From NCBI GenBank assembly GCA_024679065.1, contig JAGIQG010000004.1, forward strand, positions 78,058,001-78,122,000: a stretch of 64,000 bases of DNA. Reading direction: 5' to 3'. Numbering within the stretch: position 1 is the first letter of the stretch; the number at the start of each line of letters is the position of its first letter. The notes under the pieces are model-generated. The model was not told the origin of the DNA. It saw only the letters and a program-made list of their open reading frames with translations, and did no database searches. Shown piece by piece: positions 11,986-24,870 of the stretch. Origin of the DNA: Sphyrna mokarran. Taxonomy: Eukaryota. The translations under genes were made by a program, and so were the position numbers.

Positions 11986-13254
11986 CCAATCTGGCCTTAA
12001 ACTAAAGGGGCAATCACTAAAGAAGCTTTGAATATAGTTAGGCCTATAAATCTCTGTTCTGAATAGTGCTTGCAGAGATGATTTGGAGCCAAAGTGGATT
12101 GGTCTCCAACATACCTCATTATCTTTCAGAAGATATAAACCTGGAGTTCTGAAGAAGGAGATAGGTGACCTCAACATAACACCTAGACCAACACTAAAGT
12201 AAATTTTAGAATGCCAAGTGTGTACCACAAGTAGGCATGCCTAAAATGTGTTCTCCTAACCTGTAAATAATTTGCCCCTCAACCATAGAATATATTGATG
12301 AAGGAGGCCTTTCAGTCCATTGAGTGTGCTCTTGTTCTCTGAAAGAGTATCTTATCCAGACCCACCCTATCTCTCTGCATTTACCATGGCCAATCCGCCT
12401 GACTGTATATCTTTAGACTGGGGGAGGAAACCGGAGCTTTTGGATGAAACCTGTGCAGACACAGAAAACTCCACATGGTCACCGAAAGCCAGAATTGAAC
12501 CCAGGTCTCTGGCGCTGATTATCTGATGATAAAAGAAAATGATGAATAGCTACAGTTCAAGGCGATATGGTGTCATATTGGTTAGCACCATTGCCTCACA
12601 GCAACATAATCCTTTAGGACCATAGGCATTTCTCTCCATTAAAGAAAGAGAATTGCCATCATCCTGCAACACAGTCTAGCCATTCTAGCCAACTGAACGA
12701 ACAAATCTCTTTGTGATAACTATTAAGAACAGTGCATTGAATACTTATGATATATGATCCTACTGCAATATAGAGAGAAATACATGGAGGAACTACATGA
12801 ACCGAAGTGTTGATACAAAACAGGCTGAGGGATCCTTCACACAATAAATGCCTAATAACCAATCTAATTGCATAAATCATGTTCATTTCCAGCCATACAG
12901 GATGGCATGTAGAATGGGCAGCAGCGTATTACTGTCTGTATTCCCCAATCTTGCCTGATTTGTTATATGGTAAGATATCATATAACAAAAGGGGAAATTC
13001 CAGAATAGGAAGAGGCCCCAGTCATGTCAAGTCCTTGAGGAGACCATCCTGGAAATTATAATGCATGAACGGAGCACTTTCACTATACAGATTGCGGTAT
13101 TTCACAAAGGCAGCTCACGATCACCTTCTCTAGGGCAAACAGGGATGGACCATGAATGTTGTGCTTGCCAGTGACACCTACAACCTTCAAATAAATTATT
13201 TAAAAAATGACATTACACAAATATAACATTAGTTTTCTGTGGCTAGAGAGCTTA

Positions 13255-14105
13255 TCCAGCAGTAGTGTGATGGAATTCTTTCCACTTGCCTGCAACTCAA
13301 GAAGCTTGACACTATCCAGGATAAAGCAGCCTGCTTGACTGGCACCACATCTACAAACATCCATCCCCTCCACCACCAATGCTCAGAAGCAGCATTGTGT
13401 ACTATCTACAAGATGTACTGCAGCAATTTATCAAAGATCCTGAGACAACATCTTCCAAACCTATGACCCACTTCCATTTAGAAGGGTAAGGGTAGCAGAT
13501 ACATGGGAACACTGCCATCTGTAAGTTCCCCTCCAAGCCACTCACCATTCTGACTTGGAAGTATATCGCCATTCCTTTTCAGTCACTGGGTCAAAATCCT
13601 GGAATTCCCTTCCTAACGGCATTGCAGGTCAATCCACAGAATGTGGAGCGCAACGATTCAAGAAGATGGGTGGTACTGTAGCACAGTGGTTAGCAGTGCT
13701 GCTTCACAGCTCCAGGAACCTGGGTTCGATTCCCGGCTCGGAATGCTGTCTGTGTGGAGTTTGCAAATTCTCCTCGTGTCTGTGTGGGTTTCCTCCGGGT
13801 GCTCCAGTTTCCTCCCACAGTCCAAGGATGCGCAGGTTAGGTTGATTAGAAATGCTAACATTGCCCCTTAGTATTCTGGGATGTGTAGGTTATCGGAATT
13901 AGTGGGTAAATGTCTCGGGATGTGGGTATAGGGTCTGGGTGGGATTGCGGTCGGTGCAGACTCGATGGGCCGAAGGACCTGTTACTGCACTGTAGGGTTC
14001 TATGGTTCTAAGATAGCTCATCATCAACTTCTCAAGGGCAACTAGGGATGGGCAATAAATGCTGGTCAGCCAGCAACACCCGTGTCCCATTAGTGAATAA
14101 AAAAA
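13255..14105 (+). mobile_element. 3' end of a CR1/L2-clade LINE interrupted by a V-SINE
   Basis: Ends in the family tail caagggcaactagggatgggcaataaatgctgg...gaataaaaaaa, and is split at ttcaagaagat|...|aagatagctc. Confidence 0.8.
13668..14009 (+). mobile_element. full-length V-SINE (HE1-like, tail A) nested in a LINE tail
   Basis: A/B-box-like head (gggttcgattcccggc), V-domain and ttctatggttct tail. The short duplication aagat occurs at 13663-13667 and 14010-14014. Confidence 0.9.
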
Positions 14106-15029
14106 TAGATTATGACTTAGAACGCAGTTTGAAAATCCAGTTACATCTCATTTACCAGGTGTAATGTTTTCAGAAGATCTTAAAATGATATTACAGCAAA
14201 GGAAGATCGGATCCTTTGCCAGAATTGCATTGCCTTGCCTATCGGGGTAGTCAAGGCCTGCAGAACTATATTCTCTGTTGGCCTTAGACAGGACACAAGC
14301 TTTGGGTGGACCCTAAAGTTTGCTATTAGTAAGAACTTGAACTTGTGGAGGAGCAGTGGAACATTTTAGGTTTCTGTGTTTAACTCCATGTGTGTGGATT
14401 CAGAAGTTGCTGTCAGTTGTAATGATACCGAACCCTGACAGTTTCACCATCATTACAACCTCAAAAACTGGGTCAGTGAGTTTGAGAAGGTAAAACAGTG
14501 GGGAGAAGCGATAAGTCATACTGACAACTGTAAAGCAGGCATCCCTTCCTCACAGGAGTCCTGTGCCTGTATCTGCTGCAAGATCAAAGGATTTTGACCT
14601 CATAAGACAGGGCTTATAAAAATAGATTGCTGCCTGATCTGAGCAGAATCACTTACGAGTCACTTGTGCTTGTGCAAAATACCCTGCAAGATCTGACAAG
14701 CGGTCCACTAGTCAAATTTGTACATCACGAATGAACAGTTATCTGCACTGCAATTTTGTGGAGCACTTGACAATTCCTGTTTCATCTGCAGATGTGGCAC
14801 AGGTCTAACTGGGAGCATTCCTCATGAATGTTAAATGTAAGTGACAAGCCAAAATTCCAGTCAAAGAGTTGGAGGAAATAATAAAATGATAGGACAAAAA
14901 GGATGAAATGAATATTTAAAGCAAGATTTAATTATTCTTGATGTATAACTTACTTGATATATAAGGAGACACTAAAACAGCCTGGGTGCACTTGGACCAA
15001 ACAATTGGTCCTTCATTCATAATTGGATC

Positions 15030-15246
15030 TAAGTTTAAAGTTTATTAGTGTCACAAGTAGGCTTACCTTAACTCTGCAATGAAGTTACTGTGAAAATCCC
15101 CTAGTCAACACATTCCCTCACCTGTCTGGGTACACTAAGAAAAATTTTAGCATAGCCAATGTACCTTAACCAACACATCTTTCAGACGGTGGGAGGGAAC
15201 CAGAGCATCCAGAGGAAACCCACACAGACATGGGGAGGAAGTGCAG
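15030..15246 (-). mobile_element. 5'-truncated V-SINE, tail B
   Basis: aagtttattagtgtcacaagtaggcttac...gaggaaacccacacagaca. Confidence 0.8.
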
Positions 15247-15997
15247 CTAAAAACTAGTTGCAATGATGCACTTTGTATACAAATTAGTAGAGCTTTAGCA
15301 ACATTAGTACATGAGGAAAGGAGGTTTGTTCACCCATTTTTCACTTATCTGATAGTGGTCAATCAAATATTGAGGTGGATAGCACTGCAACATTTCTGGA
15401 TATTAGATTGCTTTCTTACCAAGTATATTAGATATAATGTGAGGGAAATTAATTTGCCATTCTTAATCATGAATGATGAGACTCAAATAGTAACAGACCT
15501 CCAAATGAGTAAAGATCTCCCAAGACTGACTATAGCATTCTCAAATGTAAGTTGATTAGCCAACTTATTTCTGTTGGTAATAATACTGGCATGAACTAGC
15601 TGGGCAGATTGAGCCATATAGCTTTTAAAGATTCATCCAAAGTTTAGGAGAGTTAAAGTTGCGCGAGTGAGAGGAGAGGTTAATTGAGTAATGATATTAT
15701 TTAAGGATAACTGTAGCATAGAATGCAAATGAAACACTTTCAAAGTCATGCATGGTTTTTAGATTAAAATAAGGATGTTTATTACAATAAGACTACTGTT
15801 CTTTCATGATGATGTTCAGAAAAGGGATACTTAAGGGTGAGTATTGAAAAACAGTATAAGACTCAATTAAGGACAACATAATCTGGTAGTAGATTGGCCA
15901 AAAGAGGAATGAAAAATTAGATTATGGATACATGTCATCATGACAGCATGGCATTTTGTAATTATGTTCGGAATTAAGGGAAGGAACTTAGTGATCC

Positions 15998-16327
15998 TTA
16001 GAGGTTTAGATAGGGTGGACAGTGATAGCCTTTTTCCTAGGATGGAGAAAGCTAGCATGAGGGGACATAACTTTAAATTAAGGGCTGGTAGTTATAGGAC
16101 GGATGTCAGAGGTAGGTTCTTTACCCAGAGGGTGGTAAGGATATGGAATGCCCTGCCTGCAGCAGTTGTAGATGTGCCAAGTTTGGTGGCGTTTAAGAGG
16201 TTAGTAGATAAGTTTATGGACGAAAAGGGAATGGTTTAGGTTAGAGGGTCATTGCTTTTTCCTAAATGGTCGGCGCAACATCGAAGGCCGAAGGGCCTGT
16301 TCTGCGCTGTAATGTTCTATGTTCTAT
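15998..16327 (+). mobile_element. young 5'-truncated CR1 with (TTCTATG) tail
   Basis: Open frame RGLDRVDSDSLFPR...RGRFFTQRVVRIWNALP; CpGs are retained; tgatcct is duplicated at both ends. Confidence 0.88.
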
Positions 16328-16554
16328 GATCCTAGATCTGGTGAGGCACAGAAGGTGCAGACGAAGCAGAAAGTGGATAAAGAACCCAGTGAGGTCAGGA
16401 GCAAAGGGGTTTTGTCGAACATAACAGCAGGACTTCATTAAAGATTATTTGCTCCATTTTACACCTGAAAGCCAGCTAAATTGAAAATCAGGCTGGAGGG
16501 CAGAAGAGAAAGACAACAACAGAAGGCTATAGCCAGGGAAGGCAGTCAGCAATT

Positions 16555-17760
16555 GTTTTTAAAAACGTATTCATTCGCTGGATGTGTGTATCACTGACTG
16601 AGCCACTATTTATTGCCCATCCCTAATTGCCCTTGAGAAGGTGGTAGTGAGCGGCCTTCTTGAACCACAGCAGTCCATGTGGTGTAGATACACTTGATGT
16701 GGAAATGCTGGCATTGGACTGGGGTAAACACAATAAGACTCACCTAACGAAGGGGCAGAGCCCCGTAAGTTAGTGGTGTTTGCTTCCAAATAAACCTATT
16801 GGACTTTAACCTGGTGTTGTGAGACTTCTTACTGTGTAGGTACACACATAGTGCTGTTAGTGAAGGAGTTCCAAGATTTTTAGGCAGTGTCAGTGAAAGG
16901 GTGGTGATACATTTCCATGTCAGAAAGGTGACAGCTTGGAGTCAAACATGTAGGTGGTGATGTCCCTATATTTCTGTTGCCCCTTGTCCTAGATGGCAGA
17001 AGTCGTGGGTTTGGAAGGTGCTGCCTAAGGAGCCTTGGTGAGTTGTTGCAGTGTATCTTGTAGATGGTACATACTGCTGTTACTGTGTATCGGTGGTGGA
17101 GGAAGTGAATGCTTAATGAGGTGGATGTGTTGCCAAACAAGTGGGCTGCTTTGTCCTGGATTGGGCCAGGCTTTTTGTGTATTGTTGCACTCATCTAGTT
17201 GAGTGGGGAGTATTCCATCACACTCCTAATTGTGCCTTATAGATGGTGGACAAGGCATTGAGGAGTCAGGGGCTGAGTTACTCTCTGTTGATAGCTCAGC
17301 TTCTGACCTGCCACAATGGTCACAGAATTCATATGGCTAGACCAGTTCAATTTTGGTCAGTGACAACTAGGGTATTGATAATGGGGGGATTCAGTGATGG
17401 TAATGTCATTGAATGTCATAGGGAGATAAGTTGGATTCCTGGACGCCTGAATGTTGTCCAGGTCGTGCATATGGACACACAGTGAGGTATTCGAATGGGA
17501 CTGAACATTGTGCAATAATCAATGAACATCTCCAATTCTGACCTTAATATTGAAGGAAGGCCATTGATGGAGCACCTGAAGATGTTTGAACCAAGGACAC
17601 TAACCTGAGGAGCTCCTACAGTGATGTCCCAGGACTGATATTATTGACCTCCAACAAGCACAACCATCTTGCTTTGTGCTAGTATGATTCTAATCATGCA
17701 AGAGTTTTCTCCCTGATTCCCATGACTTCAATTTTGCCTGGGCTCCTTGGCATTCCTTGA
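16555..17760 (-). mobile_element. CR1/L2-clade LINE 3' portion with a Penelope insertion at about 16694-16833
   Basis: Family tail at 16560-16640; minus-strand ORF IQDKAAHLFG...AVCTIYKIHCNNSPRLLRQHLP. Confidence 0.8.
16694..16833 (+). mobile_element. Penelope-like pLTR fragment (short inverted piece + direct piece) with a decayed hammerhead
   Basis: cacctaacgaaggggcagagccccgtaagttagtg...aataaacctattggactttaacctggtgttgtgagac, the same family as 51469-52053. It is flanked by gtgtag(a/g)tacac at 16682-16693 and 16834-16845. Confidence 0.8.
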
Positions 17761-17949
17761 TGGGGTAGAATGTATTTGAAGGCAGAGAATGAGAGGCAGT
17801 GATTGTGAGTGAAGAGTAGGAGGCTATAATAGGGAAAGGGAGAACATGAAAAGCAGTGTGGAGTGGGCAGTCAGGATGTGAAGAAAGGCGACAGAATCTG
17901 TGATGTGGTTAGGGCTATGGGGAGCCGCGATAGGGTCTGCGCAGAGGGA

Positions 17950-19120
17950 GACTGTGATAGAGAGAGGAGACAATGACTGCACTGAAGTCGGGGTGTGGAA
18001 GTTTGTGATGGAGTCAGGTAAGAGGGAGGCTGCAGTGGGGTCAGGTAAGAAGAAAGCTGCAATGGGACTAGTGTGAGGAAGGCTGTGATGGAGAGAAGAA
18101 ACAAAAACTGCACTGAGGTCAGGTTGGAGAGGCTGTGATGAAATCAGGGGTGAGAGAGGTTATGACGAGAGGGAAGACAGAGACTGCACAATGGTCAGTT
18201 TGGAGAGGCTGTGATGAAGTCAGGGGTGAGAGAGGCTGTGACGGAGAGGGAAGACAGAGACTGCACTATAGTCAGGGTGAGGGAGGTTGTGATGGGGCAG
18301 GAAAGAGAGGCTGCGATGGGGTCAGGGCTGAGAGAGGCTACAATGAGGTCAGGGTAAGGGAAGCTGTGATGGGTTCAGGGGTGAGGGAGGCATTGATGGT
18401 GTTGGGCTGGGGCAGACTGTGATGAGATCGGGGCAAGGGAGACTGTGATGAGGTCGGGGCGAGGGAGACTGCGATGGGGTCGGGATGAGGGAGGCTGTGA
18501 TGGGGTCAATAGTGAAGGAGACTGCGATGGGGTCCTGCGATGGCGAAGGAGGCTGTGATTGAGAGAGGAAACCAAGACAGCACTGAGGTCAAGTTGGGGA
18601 GGCTGTCACAGAAAGGGAAAACAGAGACTGCACCATGGTCACGGGTGAGGGAGGTTGTGATGAAACAGGAAGCAAGGCAGCAATGGGGTTAGGACTGAGG
18701 GAGAGTACAATGAGCTTTGGGAGAGGGAGGTTGTGATGTGGTTAGGGGTGAGGGAGGTTGTGATGTGGTCAGGGGTGAGGAAGTTGTGATGGGGTCGGGG
18801 GTGAGGGAGGCTGCGATGGGGTTAGGGCTAAGGGAGGCTGTGATGGGATCAGGGGTGAGAGAGGTCGTGATGGGGTTAGGGGTGAGAGAGGTCGTGATGG
18901 GGTCAGGGGTGAGAGAGGTTGTGATGGGGTCAGGGATGAGAGAGGTTGTGATGGGGTCAGGGGTGAGAGAGGCTGTGATGGGGTCAGGGGCGAGAGAGGC
19001 TGTGATGGGGTCAGGGGTGAAGTGGCTGCGATGGGGCCCGGGTGAGGGAGGTTGTGATAGGGTCAGGGGTGAGGGAAGTTGTGATGGGGTCAGGGCTGAG
19101 GGAGGCTGTGGTGGGGTGAA
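17950..19120 (+). repeat. G-rich minisatellite, ~27-bp unit GTGATGGGGTCAGGGGTGAGAGAGG(C/T)T, with degenerate higher-order blocks
   Basis: The purest part is 18780-19020, where the ORF track shows a 9-aa periodicity (REVVMGSGV = 27 nt). It is more degenerate toward the left. Confidence 0.92.
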
Positions 19121-20240
19121 GGAAGAGAGGGGCTAGGATTAGTAGAGTGGAGGAGGTTTAGCAATTATAATTCTGAGGGAGCTAAGCAAGCTTGGCAACC
19201 AGGGCTATGGGAAGCTGAACACTTCTTTGAGAGATCAGGGACATGTTCCACAAAAGTGTTGCATTCTTACAGCAAAAGATGCATGGTGAATAGAGGGGAT
19301 TGATTAATGCTGTCTTTATGAAGACATTTGGTAAAGTTCAATGCAAGGTTAGCAAAAATGGAAGTGCATAATCGTGTCTTGAGAAAGAGGCTAGAGTGGA
19401 GGCTGGTTGTGAGGTTTGATGCTACCAAACCTTAAGAAGAAAGGATGCCCAACCTCAGAAGACAACTTCTGGCATAGAAAAGAAGTTGAGGACAGCATAG
19501 ATGAACCGTGATTGAATTGAATGACGGGACAGACTTGAAGGGCCAGGTGGCCTACTGTTGTTTCTATTTCTTCTCTTCTTGTGTTCTGATGAGGCACCCC
19601 CAGCAAACCTCCCTTCCAACCTGGAATGTAGCTTGTATTTTGGGCCATTGTTTGATTGATAGCTCAAATTCTTTGATTTTTGCTGTCAATTTCACAATAT
19701 TTGTTCACACATTATTAAATGATTTCAAGAGTTTGTGTATTTTGTTATTAATGCTTTAGAAGAGCCTGGATGATTGAGACTATTATTAGTTTGTACAGTG
19801 GGTCCTTTTATTAACAAGAGAAAGTTATGAATGAATGACTTTTTTTGAAAAGTTTTTTTTGAAATGCACTATACACTGTAAGCTTTGTTGCTTCTAGACA
19901 CTGTATAATTGGTCAATCGGCATGAAAGTGTTATAGCTAGACACAGGGAGCATGGGAAGCCATAGTGGGTGGGTGAGCCTTGCATAGGGTCATGAGGGGT
20001 CATGGAGAGTGTGTGGAAAGACAGAGCTTGGCCACAGGAACAAGTTCACATTCTCTAAAGACATCTCCAAAATCAGAGAGCCTTGGATGAAACCCATTGC
20101 CATTTTTAGAGGACGACTGAATCATCCCACTTCAGTGACAATCTAAACCAGGATCTCAGATCATAATTCCAGTCCAAAGATGGGTTACATTGATTGGCCA
20201 TGCTGAATTGACCCTAGTATCAGGGGATTAGCAGGGTAAA

Positions 20241-21293
20241 GAACAAAGAAAGTTACAGCACAGGGACAGGCCCTTTGGCCCTCCAAGCCTGCACTGACCA
20301 TGCTGCCTGATTTAACTAAAATCTCTTACAGTTCTGGCGACCATATCACTCTATTCCCATCCTGGTGCCTGGAACTCATTGCCGGGGGAGGTAGTGGAAG
20401 CGGATATGACAGTGACTTTTAAGGGGCGTGTTGACAAAATGTCTTTTAAAACTTGGCCCTCGCACTTTAAACCTATGCCCCTAGTAATTGATTCTTTCAC
20501 TCTGGGGAAAAGCTTCTGACTATCCACTCTTTCCATGCGTCTCATAACCTTGTAGACTTCTATCAGGTCTCATCTCAACCCCTGTCACTCCAGTGAGAAT
20601 AAAACAAGTTTCTCCAACCTTTCCTCATCGCTAATGCCTTCCATACGAGGCAACATCCTGGTAAATCTTTTCTGTATCTTCTCCAAAGTTTCCACATCCT
20701 TCTGGTAGTGTGGTGACCAGAATTAAACACTATGTTCCAAGTGCAGTCTCACTAAGGTTCTATAAAGCATCAACATGCCTTGCCAATTTTTAAACCCAAT
20801 ACACTGTCTGATGAAAGCAAGCATGCCGTATGCCTTCTTGACCACCTTCTCCTCCTGCATTGCCACATTCAGTGACCTGTGTACCTGTACATCCAGATCC
20901 CTTTGCCTATCAATACTTCTAAGGGTTCTGCCATTTACTGTATATTTCCTGTCTGTATTAGACCTTCCAAAATTAAGCTCCATCTGCTATCTCTCTGCTC
21001 AAGTCTCCAATTGATCTATATCCTGCTATATCCTCTGATGGTTTTCATTGCTATCTTCAAATCCACCAACATTTGTGTCATCCACAAACTTGCTAATCAA
21101 ACCAGTTACATTTTCCTCCAAATCATTTATGTACATTACAAACAGCAAAGATCCCAGCACTGATCCTTAAGGAAAGCTCTCCGTTCAGAAATGCACCCTT
21201 CCACTCCTCCCCTCTGTCTTCTTTGACCTTGCCAGCTCACCTCTAATCCCATGTGACTTCGTCTTCTGCACCTGTCTGCATGAGGTACCATGA
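20241..21293 (-). mobile_element. 5'-truncated CR1 inserted into a V-SINE remnant (20180-21385), with an internal micro-inversion
   Basis: Minus-strand CR1 ORF pieces; TSD ggtaaa at 20235-20240 and 21294-21299; the V-SINE sequence continues across the insertion. Confidence 0.9.
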
Positions 21294-21714
21294 GGTAAAT
21301 GTGTGGAGTTATGGATGGGATTGTGGTCAGTGCAGACTTGATGGGCTGAATGGCTTCCTTCTTCACAGTAAGGATTCTATGATTATAGAACTCATTACAT
21401 AAGTAAATGATACTCGGTTAAGCCACTGCTTGTTTTTCCAATAACCTGATAATTATGTCCTCTGCTTATTGGCCCTTCTGCCACTGAAAAAGATTTTCCT
21501 TATTGATTCTATCAACACCATTCCTAATTCTCAGTTAGGAGACCTAGAGTGAAAGATTGTTTGCTGTTGGCCATTGGCTGTGTTATTTCTATGTGTGCAG
21601 TAGTCCACAGAGTTTTCTGAAGCAAATCAACATAGCTCTATAGTTATCTCACTGTAAGATGCAAGTATCCGGAGCTAGCAATCTTCACTCCATGGCTCTA
21701 GGTTTGCCAAGTTT

Positions 21715-22070
21715 GCTTATTCATTCATGAGACATGGGGCATCGCTGGCTGACCAGCATTTATTGCCCAGCCCCATTTGCCCTCGAGAGGAGTTGAGAGT
21801 CAGCCACATTGTTGTGACTCTGGAGTCACATGTAGACTGGAGCAAGTAAGGATGGCAGATTTCCATCCCTAGAGGATATTAGTGAACCAGACAGGTTTTT
21901 CCCAGCAATTGACTATGATTTCATGGCCATCGGTAGATTGTTATTTCCAGATTTTTTTATTGTATTCAAATTCCACCATCTGCCATGGCGGGATTCGAAC
22001 TGTGATCTCCTTGAACATTAGCAGAGTTTCTGGATTAGTACTCTACTGATGCTACTAAGCCATTGCCTCC
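21715..22070 (-). mobile_element. tRNA-derived SINE family 2 (non-V), sharing its tail with the CR1/L2-clade LINE
   Basis: Reverse complement of the 24511-24870 and 34606-34953 copies. Confidence 0.8.
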
Positions 22071-22085
22071 TCTTGCTTTAGACTA

Positions 22086-22411
22086 ATCATAGAATCCCTA
22101 CAATGCAGAAAGAGGCCATTAGGCCCATCGAGTCTGAACTGACCACAATCCCTCCCAGGTCCTATCCCCATAACCCCACATATTTATACTGTTATAGTCC
22201 ACTTGACACTAAGAGGCAACTTAGCACAGCCAATCAGTCTAGTCCGTACATCTTTGGACTATGGGAGGAAATCAGAGCACCTGGAGGAAACCCACGCAGA
22301 CACAGGGAGAACATGCAGACTCCACATAGACAGTAACCCGAGGCCAGAATTGAACCCGGATCCCTGAGACTGTGAGGCAGCAGTGCTAACCACTGTGCCG
22401 CTGTGCTGCCC
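22086..22411 (-). mobile_element. full-length V-SINE (HE1-like), tail A
   Basis: Complete reverse-complement head, V-domain and tail. Confidence 0.9.
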
Positions 22412-23194
22412 ATGGCAGTTGTAAGAGGTCCAAACAGTATAACTTTGTGGTGCCTGAGAGTTCCAGCAGCACTTCACCATCCCCACTCATCTTCGACAGT
22501 GAACACATGTGCAAGTCGAACCAATCTGTTCTGCCAGCAGATATGTGGTTAAACATCTGTTTGATTTATTAGCACAGCAGAAAACCTGACTTCACTACAG
22601 GATCCAACCCATATGAGCAGTGGAGAGAGGGGACACTGTATAAAATACATGAAGCCAGTAATGCGGTGCATTCATCCCCTAATGTGTAATTATGCTGGCA
22701 AGAGCTACTACAATTAGGCTAATGCCACCTTCCACACAGTGGTGCACACCATGCTCACCTTCAGAACAGATGGAAACCAAGTGAGAACTGTTCAAATCTG
22801 CATTCTGAATACCACAGCCATCATCACACATTCGCTGCTGACAGAACTATTGTTGACAACAATAAGTACAGGTTGCAGCGTGATTATATTGATACTACAT
22901 AAATGCTAAATGTCAGTGGCCATGTTGCACAAATTATGCTAATTGGCCAAATTGTGCACCAATCCTGATCAAAGCATCAGTGCTTGACAAGGACAACTAT
23001 TCAATGAAATATTTCATTGAAATGAATTGGTAGTACAGTATTAAACATTCTAAAGGAGGATAATGATAAAACAACAGAAGTACTAAACAACATTTCTAAA
23101 TTTTTTTCAAAGAAGAAAGCAAAAAAGACAGATTGGCTGAATGTTATGTCTTTGATGAATTGGGAAAACATGAAGCTAGGGATTTATATATCTG

Positions 23195-24480
23195 TTGTTA
23201 CAACAAAGAATGAATTTATATAGCTTCTGTAACATAAGAAAATATCCCAAAAGGTTTTGCAGAGGACTGAGAAAAATGGCCACTGTGCCACAGAAAAAGA
23301 TTAGGATGGTTGAATAAAGGTTTACTCAAAGAGATGAATTTTAAGGATGGCCAACAGTAGGAGAAGGACACAGAGAGATATATGTGTAAAGGTGGGAATT
23401 CCAGAACATGGGATCTGGGCAGCTGAAAACATGAATGCTATTAGGGCAAAATAAGCAATGACTGCACAAGAGACTAAAATCAAAGGAACAGAGAGATCAA
23501 AAAGTATTTCTGCACCGGAGGAGGTTACAGAGATAGGGAGGGATTTAGAGATAATGGGCAAATTTTCCCATTCTTCCTGCCACAGGAATTCAAAGAAGAC
23601 GAGGGGCAGACCATGGAAAGGTCCATTGACCTTGGGATTTTCCAGTTTTGGGTGGAGGGGTTATGGCAGTGGAGAAAATGGCAGGAAAATCCTGCCTGAC
23701 ATGAGAATTTTCAGTTTGAAGCTTCGGGAGCCAATGTATGTCAGGGAAATCAGACTTGATGAGTTAGTGAGAATGTAATGAGGTCAGTAGTTTTTGATGA
23801 GCTGGAATTTGGAAGTGAGGAATGGGAAGCCAGCCAGGAGATAATTGGAATAATTAATTCCAGAGCTAATGTCAGCACAAATCAGGGTTTTCTCAGCAGA
23901 TGGACTGAGGTGAATAAACAGAAGTGGAGGTAGGTTGGTTTTGAGAATATGAGGTCAGAACTTGCAGGTGATTAGGATGTTGAACAGTATGGTTCAGGCT
24001 AAGTCAATGGGCAGGATTTTCCGGCCATGCACACATCAAAACTGAAAATCTCATCTATGCCAATGGATCTTTGCATGTTCTGTGTCCCATCTGTTACGAT
24101 TCCCATGGCTGGCAAGACAAGAAATTCCTCCCCCCCAACTCCATAGTCAAGTGGAGGATTAGATTCAGTGGCAAGTGTACTCACTTTGTAGCAATAACTA
24201 AAGTCAATCTTTCCATTCTTTAATTCAAAATGATGGTGAATCTAAGACTGCATTTAGGACAATTAGTCTAGAAACGTGGACACAGTGGAGGTGGAAGGGG
24301 TAGAGCTGAGTCCATAGGTAGAATTTAATCTTAGTGACAGGAATCTCACCATTCAAGCTCTTAAGTGATTAGTAGCAGACCTGTCATAGTGTCAGAGATC
24401 ATTGAGGCAGAAACCATACCCACGAAGAAGCCAGCAGGTCAGAGTCCAGAAATTCCTATTTATCCTCATGAGTGTCATAA
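23195..24480 (-). mobile_element. old L2-like LINE 3' region carrying two ~130-140 bp MITEs (about 23556-23697 and 24009-24133)
   Basis: Starts with an L2-type end (atttatatagc...tcccaaaagg...cagagg). The MITEs have gggcaaattttcc/ggaaaatcctgcc and gggcaggattttcc/gaaattcctcccc ends. Confidence 0.55.
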
Positions 24481-24510
24481 GAGGATTAGAGATTACAGTG
24501 AGTAACCTGC

Positions 24511-24870
24511 GGGAGACGATGGCCTAGTGGTATTGTTGCTAGACCATTAATCCAGAAACTCAGCTAATGTTCTAGAGATTGAATCCCACTATGACAGTTG
24601 GGAAAATTTGAATTCAGTTAAAAAATACCTAGAATTAACAATTTAGTGATGACCGTGAAACTATGGTCAATTGTTGGAAAAACCCATCTGGTTCACTAGT
24701 GTCCTTTAGGGAAGGAAATCTGCTGTCTGTCTGTCTGGTCTGGCCTATATGTGACTCCAGAGCCACAGCAGTGTGGTTGACTTTCAACGGTCCTCCAAGG
24801 GCAACTAGAAATGGGCAATAAATGCTGGCCAATCAATGGTGCCCATGTTCTACGAATGAATTAAAAAAAG
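24511..24870 (+). mobile_element. tRNA-derived SINE family 2
   Basis: Head gatggcctagtggta...gaatcccac; body aaaaacccatctggttcactagtgtcctttagggaagg; LINE-derived tail gggcaataaatgctggcc...gaattaaaaaaa. Confidence 0.82.

Noticed and set aside
11980-12228. Minus-strand ORF faintly resembling Penelope RT (RTPGLYLL...RPI...PNYIQ)
   Set aside because: The similarity is too weak to call by eye; it needs a profile search.
16741-16775. Hammerhead in the 16694 Penelope fragment as an active ribozyme
   Set aside because: The core is mutated (CUAACGA and GUAA instead of CUGANGA and GAAA).
18717-19136. Repetitive 139-aa ORF (REVVMGSGV)n, or a CRISPR-like array
   Set aside because: It is a by-product of a 27-bp tandem repeat. 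There are no unique spacers, no cas genes, and the context is a vertebrate intron.
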